From Eledone cirrhosa (taxonomy: Eukaryota), in contig OZ024743.1 in assembly GCA_964016885.1 (NCBI GenBank), positions 10,912,001 to 10,976,000 on the forward strand: a stretch of DNA of 64,000 bases, in the 5' to 3' direction. Below the pieces are notes generated by a model. That model was not told the DNA's origin, did no database searches, and saw only the letters and a program-made list of their open reading frames with translations. Positions within the stretch are counted from its first letter, which is position 1. Every line of letters starts with the position of its first letter. Shown here one piece after another: positions 1-15,435 of this stretch. The position numbers and the translations under genes are program-made.

Positions 1-470
<470 letters not shown>

Positions 471-596
471 TATTCATTAGTTAAGCAAAACAAGACCACA
501 AATTTCACGAGGAAGACATTATTAAAAGATTGTCAACATATTTAGTTTGATGCAAAGAATGTAGAGAATAATAATAATAATAATATTAATAATAAT

Positions 597-778
597 AATT
601 GTTTCTACTTTAGGCACAAGGCCAGCAATTATCCAGTGCCTTACTGGTACTTTATTTTATCGACCCCGTAAGGATGAAAGGTAAAGTCAACCTCGGCGGG
701 ATTTGAACTCAGATCGTAAAGGGACGTAACTATGCTGGAAAGCATGGCGTCCGACCCTCTACCGATACTGCCAATCCA
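597..778 (-). mobile_element. tRNA-derived SINE with Nin/Deu-like core, inserted in one palindrome arm
   Basis: Reverse complement reads GGATTGGCAGTATCGGTAGAG...GAGTTCAAATCCC...CCTTTCATCCTTACGGGGTCGATAAAATAAAGTACCAG. It is absent from the opposite arm and has many copies in the window. Confidence 0.88.
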
Positions 779-784
779 ATGCCC

Positions 785-905
785 GTTTACAATTGTTTCG
801 CTACTCCGTATAATATTTCTGGATCAGATGTCTATGTATCATAATTGATCTGGTTCAGTTGAAAATAATTAACATATTTAAAAAAACAGAGTGGCTCATC
901 GGAAC
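785..905 (-). ncRNA. Type I hammerhead ribozyme-like motif (U4C variant, long loop II)
   Basis: gtt-CCGATGA-gccactctg...cggagtagc-GAAA-caattg-TA-aac. Helix II is 9 bp with one mismatch and helix III is palindromic. Confidence 0.6.
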
Positions 906-1344
906 TCAAAGGAATATAAATTAAAATAATGTTTTTTTTAAAATATGTTAATTATTTTCAACTGAACCGGATCAATTATGATACATAGTCATCTGATCCA
1001 GAAATATTATACGGAGTAGCGAAACAATTGTAAACGGGCATTATTATTATTAATATTATTATTATTCTCTACATTCTTTGCATCAAACTAAATATGTTGA
1101 CAATCTTTTAATAATGTCTTCCTTGTGAAATTTGTGGTCTTGTTTGGCTTAACTAATGAATATTTCCAGCTCTGCGCACCTAACCTCTGCATGAACCCAG
1201 CCACCTAGCTGCTTTCTACTGCATATTGCACATTGAGCACATGCCTTTACGCTTTGGCTTCTAACTAACTCACCAATCTTTCCTCTCATATCTCTTCTAC
1301 TATCTCAATCTCTCTCTTTAAGATTGGTTACTCTTGAACTGTGT

Positions 1345-1770
1345 ATATATAATATATATATATATATATAAAATAAATATATATATATATCTGTATATAT
1401 ATATAAAATATATATATATATATAATATATATATATATATATAAAAATATATATATATATATATATAAAAAATATAAATATATATATATAAAAATTATAT
1501 ATATATATATATAAAAAATATAAATATATATATATAAAAAATATAAATATATATATATAAAAAATATATATATATATATATATAAAAAATATAAATATAT
1601 ATATATAAAAAATATATATATATATATATAAAAAAAATATATATATATATATAAAAAATATAAATATATATATATAAAAAATATATATATATATATATAA
1701 AAAATATATATATATATATATAAAAAATATATATATATATATATAAAAAATATAAATATATATATATAAA

Positions 1771-1821
<51 letters not shown>

Positions 1822-1966
1822 TTTATATATATATATATATATATAAAATATATATATATATAAAATATATATATATATATATAAAATATATATATTAAAT
1901 ATATATATACAAAAATATAAAAAATATATATATATATATATAAAAAAAAAATATATATATATATAT
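1345..1966. repeat. Compound (TA)nAAAA irregular microsatellite
   Basis: Direct reading of the sequence. Confidence 0.95.
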
Positions 1967-2194
1967 TTTTTTTTTGGGGGGTGTTAGTAGGCGTCAGTCA
2001 TCTTACCATCCCATTCCTTCTAACTAGCCTCTATGTCACGTGATTGATTCTTTAGAATCGGCCATTTGACTGGAAGCAGTGAGAATTTCAGTACATAGAA
2101 TCCAGTCCTCGCCTAGCTGTTCTTTCTACCGAATTATTATTTTTATATGAGCCGCCAGTGTCCGCGCATTGCCTGGAGGCTCAGCTGAGAATAG

Positions 2195-2276
2195 ACTCCC
2201 TGATGACGCAATGAATTCTCGACAGTTGGATTATGTAACTGTCTTTATCCCATTGCAGAAACTAATTAGTTGGAGT
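2195..2276 (+). ncRNA. Type I hammerhead ribozyme, copy 1
   Basis: actcc-CTGATGA-c gcaatg..gacagtt..aactgtc..cattgc a-GAAA-ctaattag-TT-ggagt. Helix I is 5 bp, helix III is palindromic, and the triplet is GUU. Confidence 0.8.
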
Positions 2277-2751
2277 GAAAATTTAAGTAAGTAAGTAAAA
2301 AAAATTTTTTTAAAATTTTTTAAAAAATTATTTTCTTATTTTACGTCTTTTATATTATTGTTCTGCACCCTCCTGCATTGAACCACCTAGGTACTATGAC
2401 ATAACCTGTGTATTTGCTGGCATGGACGTACATCTGTGCGCCTATGTTAGTTGATATATTAAATTATCTATATTTATCTCCAAATCACTGATTTGTCGAG
2501 CAAACCTGCCAAAACCACTTCAAAATTTTTTTTTGGGGTGTTAGTAGGCGTCAGTCATCTTACCATCCCATTCCTTCTAACTAGCCTCTATGTCACGTGA
2601 TTGATTCTTTAGAATCGGCCATTTGACTGGAAGCAGTGAGAATTTCAGTACATAGAATCCAGTCCTCGCCTAGCTGTTCTTTCTACCGAATTATTATTTT
2701 TATATGATCCGCCAGTGTCCGCGCATTGCCTGGAGGCTCAGCTGAGAATAG

Positions 2752-2833
2752 ACTCCCTGATGACGCAATGAATTCTCGACAGTTGGATTATGTAACTGTC
2801 TTTATCCCATTGCAGAAACTAATTAGTTGGAGT
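2752..2833 (+). ncRNA. Type I hammerhead ribozyme, copy 2
   Basis: Identical to copy 1, 557 bp downstream. Confidence 0.8.
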
Positions 2834-2898
2834 GAAAATTTAAGTAAGTAAAAAAAATTTTTTTAAAATTTTTTAAAAAATTATTTTCTTATTTTACG

Positions 2899-4488
<1,590 letters not shown>

Positions 4489-5020
4489 AAGAGAGTATTG
4501 AAGTTTGCTTGAAGTATTGTGGAATAATAAATAAATATCTTTAAGTCGTTTGGAAGCCTCGACAATGCAAATGGGTAAATCTCCGGGTAACAAGATCCGG
4601 TGGTGGAGAGAGAGATGTAAGTGGGTGTACGTTGAGATGCGTGGTGTGTAAAGATGTGTAAATGTGTAGAAGAAAGAAGGGAAGAGTATAAAGGATAACA
4701 TATTCAAAACAACAAACATCGGAGGACGCGTTTCGCACCTATCCGACAGACAACCTTTACCCCGGAAAAAACCCCAGTTGATGGATGTGAATCCGAAATA
4801 TATAGGGACTATTAAATCTCTCCCAAGGCAACTCTCTCTTGTGTTGTTATTTTTATTTTATCCTTTATACTCTTCCCTTCTTTCTTCTACACATCTTTAC
4901 ACACCACGCATCTCAACGTACACCCACTTACATCTCTCTCTCCACCACCGGATCTTGTTACCCGGAGATTTACCCATTTGCATTGTCGAGGCTTCCAAAC
5001 GACTTAAAGATATTTATTTA
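4489..5020. mobile_element. Inverted-repeat PLE-like relic; arms ~4527-4698 and ~4858-5020, one-sided tail 4489-4526
   Basis: Near-perfect ~165 bp inverted arms. The spacer holds a minus-strand GAAACGCGTC half-hammerhead (4721-4745) and a degenerate plus-strand minimal hammerhead, ccc-CAGTTGA-tggat gtga atcc-GAAA-tata-TA-ggg (4772-4807). Confidence 0.65.
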
Positions 5021-5778
<758 letters not shown>

Positions 5779-5796
5779 GTATATATATATATGTAC

Positions 5797-5852
<56 letters not shown>

Positions 5853-5875
5853 GTATATATATATATGTACATGTG

Positions 5876-5944
<69 letters not shown>

Positions 5945-6481
5945 GTATATATATATGTATATATTGTTATATTTGGGGAGGGTCATATTTGCGTAATATT
6001 GCCAGAATTAATAACAGAACACACTCACTGTTTGGTTGGTTTTCGCTTCTCGCTGTCTTTTATATATATATATCTGCGATCTAACTTACTCGGTCCTCAA
6101 TGTTGCCATTGACTGACCGGCGGTCAAAAATAATACAGATACAATATAGACAAACACATATATATATAGTTTACATAAATCTTTCGTTGCACATCTGCAA
6201 CATCGTCAGTGGTGTTATATTCATTGTTCCTCCTGTTGTGTTGTATGTCTACGCCATTTTTTTTGTTCAGTCTGTCTATATATTTATTTATTTATTTGCT
6301 TGTTTGTTTATCTTATTTTATTTTGTCTTCTTTGCGCATGCGTTTGCGTGTGTGTATAGTGTTATGTGTGATGTGTGACTAGTGTGTATAGTGTTGTGTC
6401 TGCTGGGTGACTAGTGTGTGTTTATGTGCTTGTGTATGTATTTATTTATCTTATTTTATTTAATTTAATTTACTTATTTAT

Positions 6482-9072
6482 TTATACTTCTCTTAGGTCA
6501 GTGTTGTTTGTTTGGGTGTTGTTGTTGTTCCACTCATTCTTTCTGTTTAGCTTTGGTCTTCTAATTTCTATTTCACTGGCCTCTCTGATTTGCCTATCTG
6601 CTGGGTCATTCCTATGTTTAGATATTATTCTAATTTCTATGTTGTCTATGTTACCGTCATGATGTTGTCTAGCATGTTCGTATAGTACTGACCCGTTTTT
6701 TCGTCCTTTTAGTTCCCCCCAGTGTTGGTCTATCCTTTCACCTATGCTACGAGCTGTCTCACCTATGTATGTTGTTGTCGTGTTTCTGCAAGTACCCTCT
6801 GTACATCTTATGCTATAGACTACGTTTCTAGTTTTACAGTTTATCCGGGGGTTCACCTTACATATGATACATTTCCTATTGGTACAGTGGGTTTTCTTAA
6901 AAGGGTAGGTTTTGCTGATCAGGGATTTTATGGTGGTTCCTGGCTTTTCTACCACCTTTATTTTTAAGTGGGTCTTTCTCAGGGCCTTTCTACACTGGTT
7001 AGCTAATTTCCCTCCAGGGGTGGCGTCCACAAACATGACACTCTGATATCTCTGGTTGTCGTACCATGATGTGGCCTTCCCTATCTTATGTCTAGCCCTA
7101 TCTAAGCTATTCCATGATTTGCTCCTGTATAGTGGGCAAATTCCTTTCATGTCCAGTTCTATGAGGGTCTTTATACTTTTCCATGGCTCCTTCGTATACT
7201 CTGACTCTGTCTCTTTGGTTGTAGCCAGAGAACTGCATGCGGTTGATGAAGTGTTGGATGTGTCCTTCCATTTCTGTTGGGTCGCACATGCTGGACACAT
7301 TCTTCATCACTCGTACCAAATCTGCGATCAGAATATTAAACTTAGCACTACTGGACATTGCTGAGTTTTTGAGTATCAGGTATTTGGAGGCCATGGGTTT
7401 AGCATAGTGTGAGTGGAGAATTTGGGCTCTCTCGTCTATAGTGTTAATCCAGAGTTCTGTGTCTAATACAGGTAGTCTATTGTTAGGGTGTTTGGAAGGG
7501 AAGTCTATAGTTACAGTTATACTCTGGTGTATGGAATTAGCTATCTGCTGGATGCTTTCCATCGTGCTACGTTCTAAATCAAACTTGTTAGTGCTCTCTA
7601 GTGGGGGTGTTCTTATAACTATATTGATATCGTCTACATAACGAGAGTACATGATGAGGTCTATGGAGCTTTCATTAAGGAGATCTTTAAGTCTCCTTTC
7701 CCACCATACCATGAAAAGGTTGGCAACATCGCCAGCTATGCTGACGCCGATGGCTGCTCCCTCATTTTGGGTGTAGATTTTCTCATTGAACTTAAATATG
7801 TGGCCCTTTAGGGTAGTTTTGATACTAGCCCCTATTGCATGTGCGACCATTTTTCTTACCTGATCAGTGTTTTGGGGGGTCCGTATAGCTTTGGTCCACC
7901 CAATCCACCTTCCTATGGGAGTCTTTTTAGCCATTGAGGTTATGGTGGGGGGTCTACCTCTTATAGGTCTACTAGGGCAGAAACATCTAAGGTCATGGCT
8001 GTCTAGGTAGTCAGTGTCGTAGGTAAGTCTAAGTAGGAGGCCAGTTCGTCTGTGTCGACGTCGCAGAACTCCACCTCACTCTCAATGATCATCTCCACAC
8101 ATCTTTTCACAGCAAAATCAATGTTAATGGATGGGTACAGTGACACCACATCCATGCTGCCTATTATGCAGTTGGATAGGCTCCTGTTTTTGTTGCACTC
8201 ACTGATTCTGCTGAGGAGGTCCTCTGTACTTTCACATACATCTGGGGACATCTTGATTATGGGCGTATAACCATTGAGAGGAAGTAGGAGATCCTGTAGT
8301 TGCTAGCTATATTAGCTCCGCATACAGGTCTTGGTGGTGGTCCTATTGTCGGGTCGTCGACTGTCTTGTGGTCTTTGCGGAGCCCATACAAGGGTGGTAT
8401 GCCATTGTTAGACGCCTGGAAGTTGTTGGCAGTGCGTCTGCTTGGCTTTAGGATGTCAGTCCACATCATCATGTGAGCGTTGAGGATTTTTTCTCTCCCA
8501 TCGTGTGTTAGTTGTGCAACTTCGCTCGTGTTGGTGATGTGGGGTTGCATTGCCTCGATGTAGTTCGGCATGCTATCTATTGACATCCTACCAGACTTAT
8601 CTGTGGGTAGACACACTACCTCACCATCCCTTGTGCGCTGCTTGAGGCTACCAAGCCTTCTACAGGTTTTATCCCAAGTTGTTGGCCTCTGGTCTGCTCT
8701 GTCTCATAGTGTACCTGTCTACTACTTGTCTAATCTTATTTCTAGCTATGGTGAACTGTGCCTCCGTCTCGTCATTTTTGCTGTGTCTGTGGTTAACGTT
8801 TCTATTATTATTATTATTGTGGTTGTTGTTGTTCTGTCTATCGCTAGTATTATTACCATTATCACTATTTCTCACTTTCCTGCCATTGTTATGGTTATGG
8901 CTGTTATTTCTATACCCAGAGTTATTGTTTATATTACTACTACCGTTATTATTGTTGTTGTTGTTTACCTTTGCATTCCAACGTATTTTTGTGAAACACT
9001 TTTCCAGCTCCGTTTTGCATTCCATAGGATTAATCTTTTTGTAGATGGCAAATTTTGCATACCACAACAAAT
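6482..9072 (-). pseudogene. PLE RT + GIY-YIG ORF, left copy (frameshifted; extends ~300 bp further 5' into an Asn-rich N-terminal region)
   Basis: ORF pieces 8669-9172, 8257-8616, 8003-8251, 7107-7934 and 6482-7300 tile the same protein. Intact EN C-terminus: YIGETARSIGERIDQH...LYEH...RQIREA...PKLN. Confidence 0.88.
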
Positions 9073-9075
9073 AGA

Positions 9076-11370
9076 TGACGAGACGGAGGCACAGTTCACC
9101 ATAGCTAGAAATAAGATTAGACAAGTAGTAGACAGGTACACTATGAGACAGAGCAGACCAGAGGCCCAACAACTTGGGATAAAACCTGTAGAAGGCTTGG
9201 TTAGCCTCAAGCAGCGCACAAGGGATGGTGAGGTAGTGTGTCTACCCACAGATAAGTCTGGTAGGATGTCAATAGATAGCATGCCGAACTACATCGAGGC
9301 AATGCAACCCCACATCACCAACACGAGCGAAGTTGCACAACTAACACACGATGGGAGAGAAAAAATCCTCAACGCTCACATGATGATGTGGACTGACATC
9401 CTAAAGCCAAGCAGACGCACTGCCAACAACTTCCAGGCGTCTAACAATGGCATACCACCCTTGTATGGGCTCCGCAAAGACCACAAGACAGTCGACGACC
9501 CGACAATAGGACCACCAACAAGACCTGTATGCGGAGCTAATATAGCTAGCAACTACAGGATCTCCTACTTCCTCTCAATGGTTATACGCCCCATAATCAA
9601 GATGTCCCCAGATGTATGTGAAAGTACAGAGGACCTCCTCAGCAGAATCAGTGAGTGCAACAAAAACAGGAGCCTATCCAACTGCATAATAGGCAGCATG
9701 GATGTGGTGTCACTGTACCCATCCATTAACATTGATTTTGCTGTGAAAAGATGTGTGGAGATGATCATTGAGAGTGAGGTGGAGTTCTGCGACGTCGACA
9801 CAGACGAACTGGGCCTCCTACTTAGACTTACCTACGACACTGACTACCTAGACAGCCATGACCTTAGATGTTTCTGCCCTAGTAGACCTATAAGAGGTAG
9901 ACCCCCCACCATAACCTCAATGGCTAAAAAGACTCCCATAGGAAGGTGGATTGGGTGGACCAAAGCTATACGGACCCCCCAAAACACTGATCAGGTAAGA
10001 AAAATGGTCGCACATGCAATAGGGGCTAGTATCAAAACTACCCTAAAGGGCCACATATTTAAGTTCAATGAGAAAATCTACACCCAAAATGAGGGAGCAG
10101 CCATCGGCGTCAGCATAGCTGGCGATGTTGCCAACCTTTTCATGGTATGGTGGGAAAGGAGACTTAAAGATCTCCTTAATGAAAGCTCCATAGACCTCAT
10201 CATGTACTCTCGTTATGTAGACGATATCAATATAGTTATAAGAACACCCCCACTAGAGAGCACTAACAAGTTTGATTTAGAACGTAGCACGATGGAAAGC
10301 ATCCAGCAGATAGCTAATTCCATACACCAGAGTATAACTGTAACTATAGACTTCCCTTCCAAACACCCTAACAATAGACTACCTGTATTAGACACAGAAC
10401 TCTGGATTAACACTATAGACGAGAGAGCCCAAATTCTCCACTCACACTATGCTAAACCCATGGCCTCCAAATACCTGATACTCAAAAACTCAGCAATGTC
10501 CAGTAGTGCTAAGTTTAATATTCTGATCGCAGATTTGGTACGAGTGATGAAGAATGTGTCCAGCATGTGCGACCCAACAGAAATGGAAGGACACATCCAA
10601 CACTTCATCAACCGCATGCAGTTCTCTGGCTACAACCAAAGAGACAGAGTCAGAGTATACGAAGGAGCCATGGAAAAGTATAAGACCCTCATAGAACTGG
10701 ACATGAAAGGAATTTGCCCACTATACAGGAGCAAATCATGGAATAGCTTAGATAGGGCTAGACATAAGATAGGGAAGGCCACATCATGGTACGACAACCA
10801 GAGATATCAGAGTGTCATGTTTGTGGACGCCACCCCTGGAGGGAAATTAGCTAACCAGTGTAGAAAGGCCCTGAGAAAGACCCACTTAAAAATAAAGGTG
10901 GTAGAAAAGCCAGGAACCACCATAAAATCCCTGATCAGCAAAACCTACCCTTTTAAGAAAACCCACTGTACCAATAGGAAATGTATCATATGTAAGGTGA
11001 ACCCCCGGATAAACTGTAAAACTAGAAACGTAGTCTATAGCATAAGATGTACAGAGGGTACTTGCAGAAACACGACAACAACATACATAGGTGAGACAGC
11101 TCGTAGCATAGGTGGAAAGGATAGACCAACACTGGGGGAACTAAAGGACGAAAAAACGGGTCAGTACTATACGAACATGCTAGACAACATCATGACGGTA
11201 ACATAGACAACATAGAAATTAGAATAATATCTAAACATAGGAATGACCCAGCAGATAGGCAAATCAGAGAGGCCAGTGAAATAGAAATTAGAAGACCAAA
11301 GCTAAACAGAAAGAATGAGTGGAACAACAACAACACCCAAACAAACAACACTGACCTAAGAGAAGTATAA
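9076..11370 (+). CDS. PLE reverse transcriptase with Cys-rich linker and C-terminal GIY-YIG endonuclease (5'-truncated; frameshift near 11113)
   Basis: Motifs TDKSG, LYGLRKDHK, RPV, GSMDVVSLYPSI, QNEGAAIG, RYVDD, LPVLD, YAKP, CTNRKCIIC, NVVYSIRC...YIGET. Confidence 0.93.
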
Positions 11371-11637
11371 ATAAATAAGTAAATTAAATTAAATAAAATA
11401 AGATAAATAAATACATACACAAGCACATAAACACACACTAGTCACCCAGCAGACACAACACTATACACACTAGTCACACATCACACATAACACTATACAC
11501 ACACGCAAACGCATGCGCAAAGAAGACAAAATAAAATAAGATAAACAAACAAGCAAATAAATAAATAAATATATAGACAGACTGAACAAAAAAAATGGCG
11601 TAGACATACAACACAACAGAGGAACAATGAATATAAC

Positions 11638-11677
11638 ACCACTGACGATGTTGCAGATGTGCAACGAAAGATTTATG
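11638..11677 (+). ncRNA. Minimal hammerhead-like motif in the PLE 3' pLTR (mirror copy at ~6173-6214, minus strand)
   Basis: CTGACGA-t-gttgca gatg tgcaac-GAAA-gatt-TA. Both core boxes and a 6-bp helix II are present; helices I and III are weak. Confidence 0.6.
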
Positions 11678-11945
11678 TAAACTATATATATATGTGTTTG
11701 TCTATATTGTCATCTGTATTATTTTTGACCGCCGGTCAGTCAATGGCAACATTGAGGACCGAGTAAGTTAGATCGCAGATATATATATATAAAAGACAGC
11801 GAGAAGGCGAAAACCAACCAAACAGTGAGTGTGTTCTGTTATTAATTCTGGCAATATTACGCAAATATGACCCTCCCCAAATATAACAATATCTGTTTCG
11901 ACACACGATTTCATATAAAAAACCTCGCAAAACTAATTCATCGCC

Positions 11946-12878
<933 letters not shown>

Positions 12879-13459
12879 AGTTGGCAGGTCTGCGATCAAA
12901 TAAAGTATGAGACAAATGCTGAGGTCGATATAATTGACTTTTCCCTCTCACAAAACGTTGGCCTTGTGCCTTTGTGAGAAATCAATATTTATGATGTGAA
13001 ACATTTTTCTTACGTTATTTTGTTCGAGAATCTAAATTTTCTGGATTATACAGAGGAAGATTCTAGAATTTATTGACAATATATCGTTGTACTGTTGAAG
13101 ATTCAAGATTCGTTGAATATATTCTTTCGCAGAAGACTTTAGACTACGTTTAAATTAAATCTTTATGTTACTAAAGAAGACAAATATATAACAGGATTAG
13201 AAGGAAATAATCCCTGAAGGTTTTCTTGTTTTTATTTTAAATGGCGACAAAAGGTATGAAGTAAGAATCAAATCTTGCAGTGAGCAGTGACTACTGCAAA
13301 TTCACTTTATCGAGGTTACTAATGCGTTTGGGAAAGGTATGAATGCCACAACCACCCAGTTTTTGTCTTCATACCAATGAATTCTTCAACTGAATTGAAA
13401 TAGAATAGACTTAGGTTTTAAATATTTTTCTGGTATAGTATTCACTACACACACACACA

Positions 13460-13809
13460 AGGTAAAGGGTAAGACCCCCTTCAGTCATGAAGTCATGAAG
13501 GACCATGGGGTTTGCACCCAGAAAGTTCCCCTCCAAGGCACAAGTCCGGGTAAGGTTTTTTTGTGGAAGACCAGCAGTTGCCCATGCATACCAGTCTCCC
13601 CTCTTCACGCCACCGATCTTGTCCAAGGGTACGGCAAAGGTCAATACAGCTTGGCACCAGTGATATCAGAACTCATTTCTACAGCTGAGTGAACTGGAGC
13701 AACGTGAAATAAAGTGTCTTCTCAGACCGCATCACCCGGTCTGAGAATTGAACTTAAAACCCCTCAATTGCAAGCCCAACGCTTTAAACCACTAAGCCAC
13801 ACGCCTTCA
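13460..13809 (-). mobile_element. tRNA-derived SINE (second family, Meta-domain-like core)
   Basis: Head GGCGTGTGGCTTAGTGG (A box)...GTTCAATTC (B box), core TTGCTCCAGTTCACTCAGCTGTAGAAATGAGT, (TG)n tail. A head-only relative lies at 18438-18512. Confidence 0.8.
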
Positions 13810-13827
13810 TACATACACACACTCATT

Positions 13828-13946
<119 letters not shown>

Positions 13947-14359
13947 ATACATATATAACACCTTCCATACACACACCTACATCGACAAATAAAACAGTCA
14001 TATGGACAACATAATACAATATCATACACGCAGTCACACATAGATTATCGATAAAGCAAGTTTCCCAACGGAACACAGAGTACATTCTCTAAAGCTGCCG
14101 CTGCCACAGTTAGGTAGGGTGAGGTAAATCATTCACCTACTACATCTACGTAACCCAATGTCGCCTATAATGGCGTTTATTTTTCTTCAAGTAGGAAGTA
14201 AAATTTGTTTACAAAACCTTTGCATAAGGAAAGTTTTGGCTCGACTAATCTTGAAATTTGTGTAACGCTGTTTTATAAAAGATTTACTTTATAAAACGAC
14301 ATTATAACTCTGCACACAAGACTATGTTTACACGCTTTTGGATATTTAAACTTCTACTT

Positions 14360-14428
<69 letters not shown>

Positions 14429-15435
14429 AAGAGAACGGGCTACCGTGTCAACTAAAATTCACTCGCAATGTAAATGCGAAGTTAAAGTAGAATACACTTA
14501 AGTTACCACACGGCGGAGTCGAACTCCGAAATGCGTTGTTGAGAAATGCACCGCTTAACCATATAACCATGATCTGTACTTCCGCCTTCTCTGAAATTCT
14601 CTTCTTTTTCCCTAATTTAATAACCCCCTCTCCACCCACCACCCCTCTCTCTCTCTCTCTCTATGTATATATATATATATATATATATCTTTTCTTCAAC
14701 TCTCTAATGCTCCTTTTTTTTCACCTATAATTGCTAAGATTTGTCTTTTATCGTCTTTTTTCTCTATCTAACTATATCTCTCTTTCTCAAACAATATTCA
14801 TACACTGCCAACTGACAATTCAATACTTGTGAGTGTGTATCTGTGTATTACTGCATGTGTGCCTACACACACACAGACAGACTCTCTCACCCTCTCTCCC
14901 TAACAATATTTATTCTCTGTTGCACTTAAAATACCGACGAAGAAATTCGTGAAGCACGAGTTTCAATAACAAACGAAAAAAGTTATTAATTACGTAGATT
15001 AAAGAGTACAGACAAAGGGGAAATTCGATCAACTGTGACTACTAACGGTGCCACAGCTCTAATAAAGTTTCTATATACATCCATGTACAATCAACAAAAG
15101 ACTAAGCAATATCATGAAAGGCGGTTTCGAGACACCATGTCGTCTTGGTCTCTTACACTATAGGGCAGAGGTACTCAAAGCTCTTTAACAAAACAGAACG
15201 CTGGCTATTGGATGGTCTGTTAAGTGTTTTACGTCCGTAGTATAGGAGCATGTATATACATACACATACAGAGACTCACACTCAACCACACATACACAAA
15301 CGTACGCTCCTACACTACGGAAGTAAAACACTTCAAGACCATCCAATATATATATTTGAGATATATATATTATCCTTATCGAGCCCTCTTTGTATTTTTG
15401 TCTTCACATTTATTATTATTACTGTATATATATAT

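Larger units (their letters stand above)
1967..2905 (+). mobile_element. Non-coding element with two direct ~380 bp repeats (PLE pLTR/retrozyme-like), each carrying a hammerhead
   Basis: 1975-2353 and 2533-2905 are nearly identical (offset 557 at the ribozyme), with a ~175 bp unique spacer and TA arrays on both sides. Confidence 0.75.
5961..11945. mobile_element. Penelope-like element inserted as a ~6 kb head-to-head palindrome (arms 5961-8775 and 9075-11892, spacer 8776-9074, tail 11893-11945)
   Basis: The two ~2.8 kb arms are reverse complements differing mainly by 1-bp homopolymer indels. Both encode the same RT-GIY-YIG protein and the element is flanked by TA arrays. Confidence 0.93.

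Noticed and set aside
8570-9075. Hydrophobic N-terminus of the 878 aa ORF, resembling a membrane anchor
   Set aside because: It is antisense read-through of the left arm and the Asn-rich spacer; real coding on the plus strand begins at ~9076.
9076-11892. Selenoprotein-type PLE (in-frame UGA + SECIS)
   Set aside because: There is no in-frame UGA in the RT frame, and the 3' hairpin lacks the AUGA/GA SECIS core.
11893-11945. Antisense CGATGA...GAAAC resembling a hammerhead in the PLE tail
   Set aside because: No convincing helix I, II or III, and the core is incomplete.
14505-14572. tRNA-like sequence on the minus strand (A and B boxes)
   Set aside because: The acceptor and anticodon stems do not form well; more likely a SINE head than a tRNA gene.
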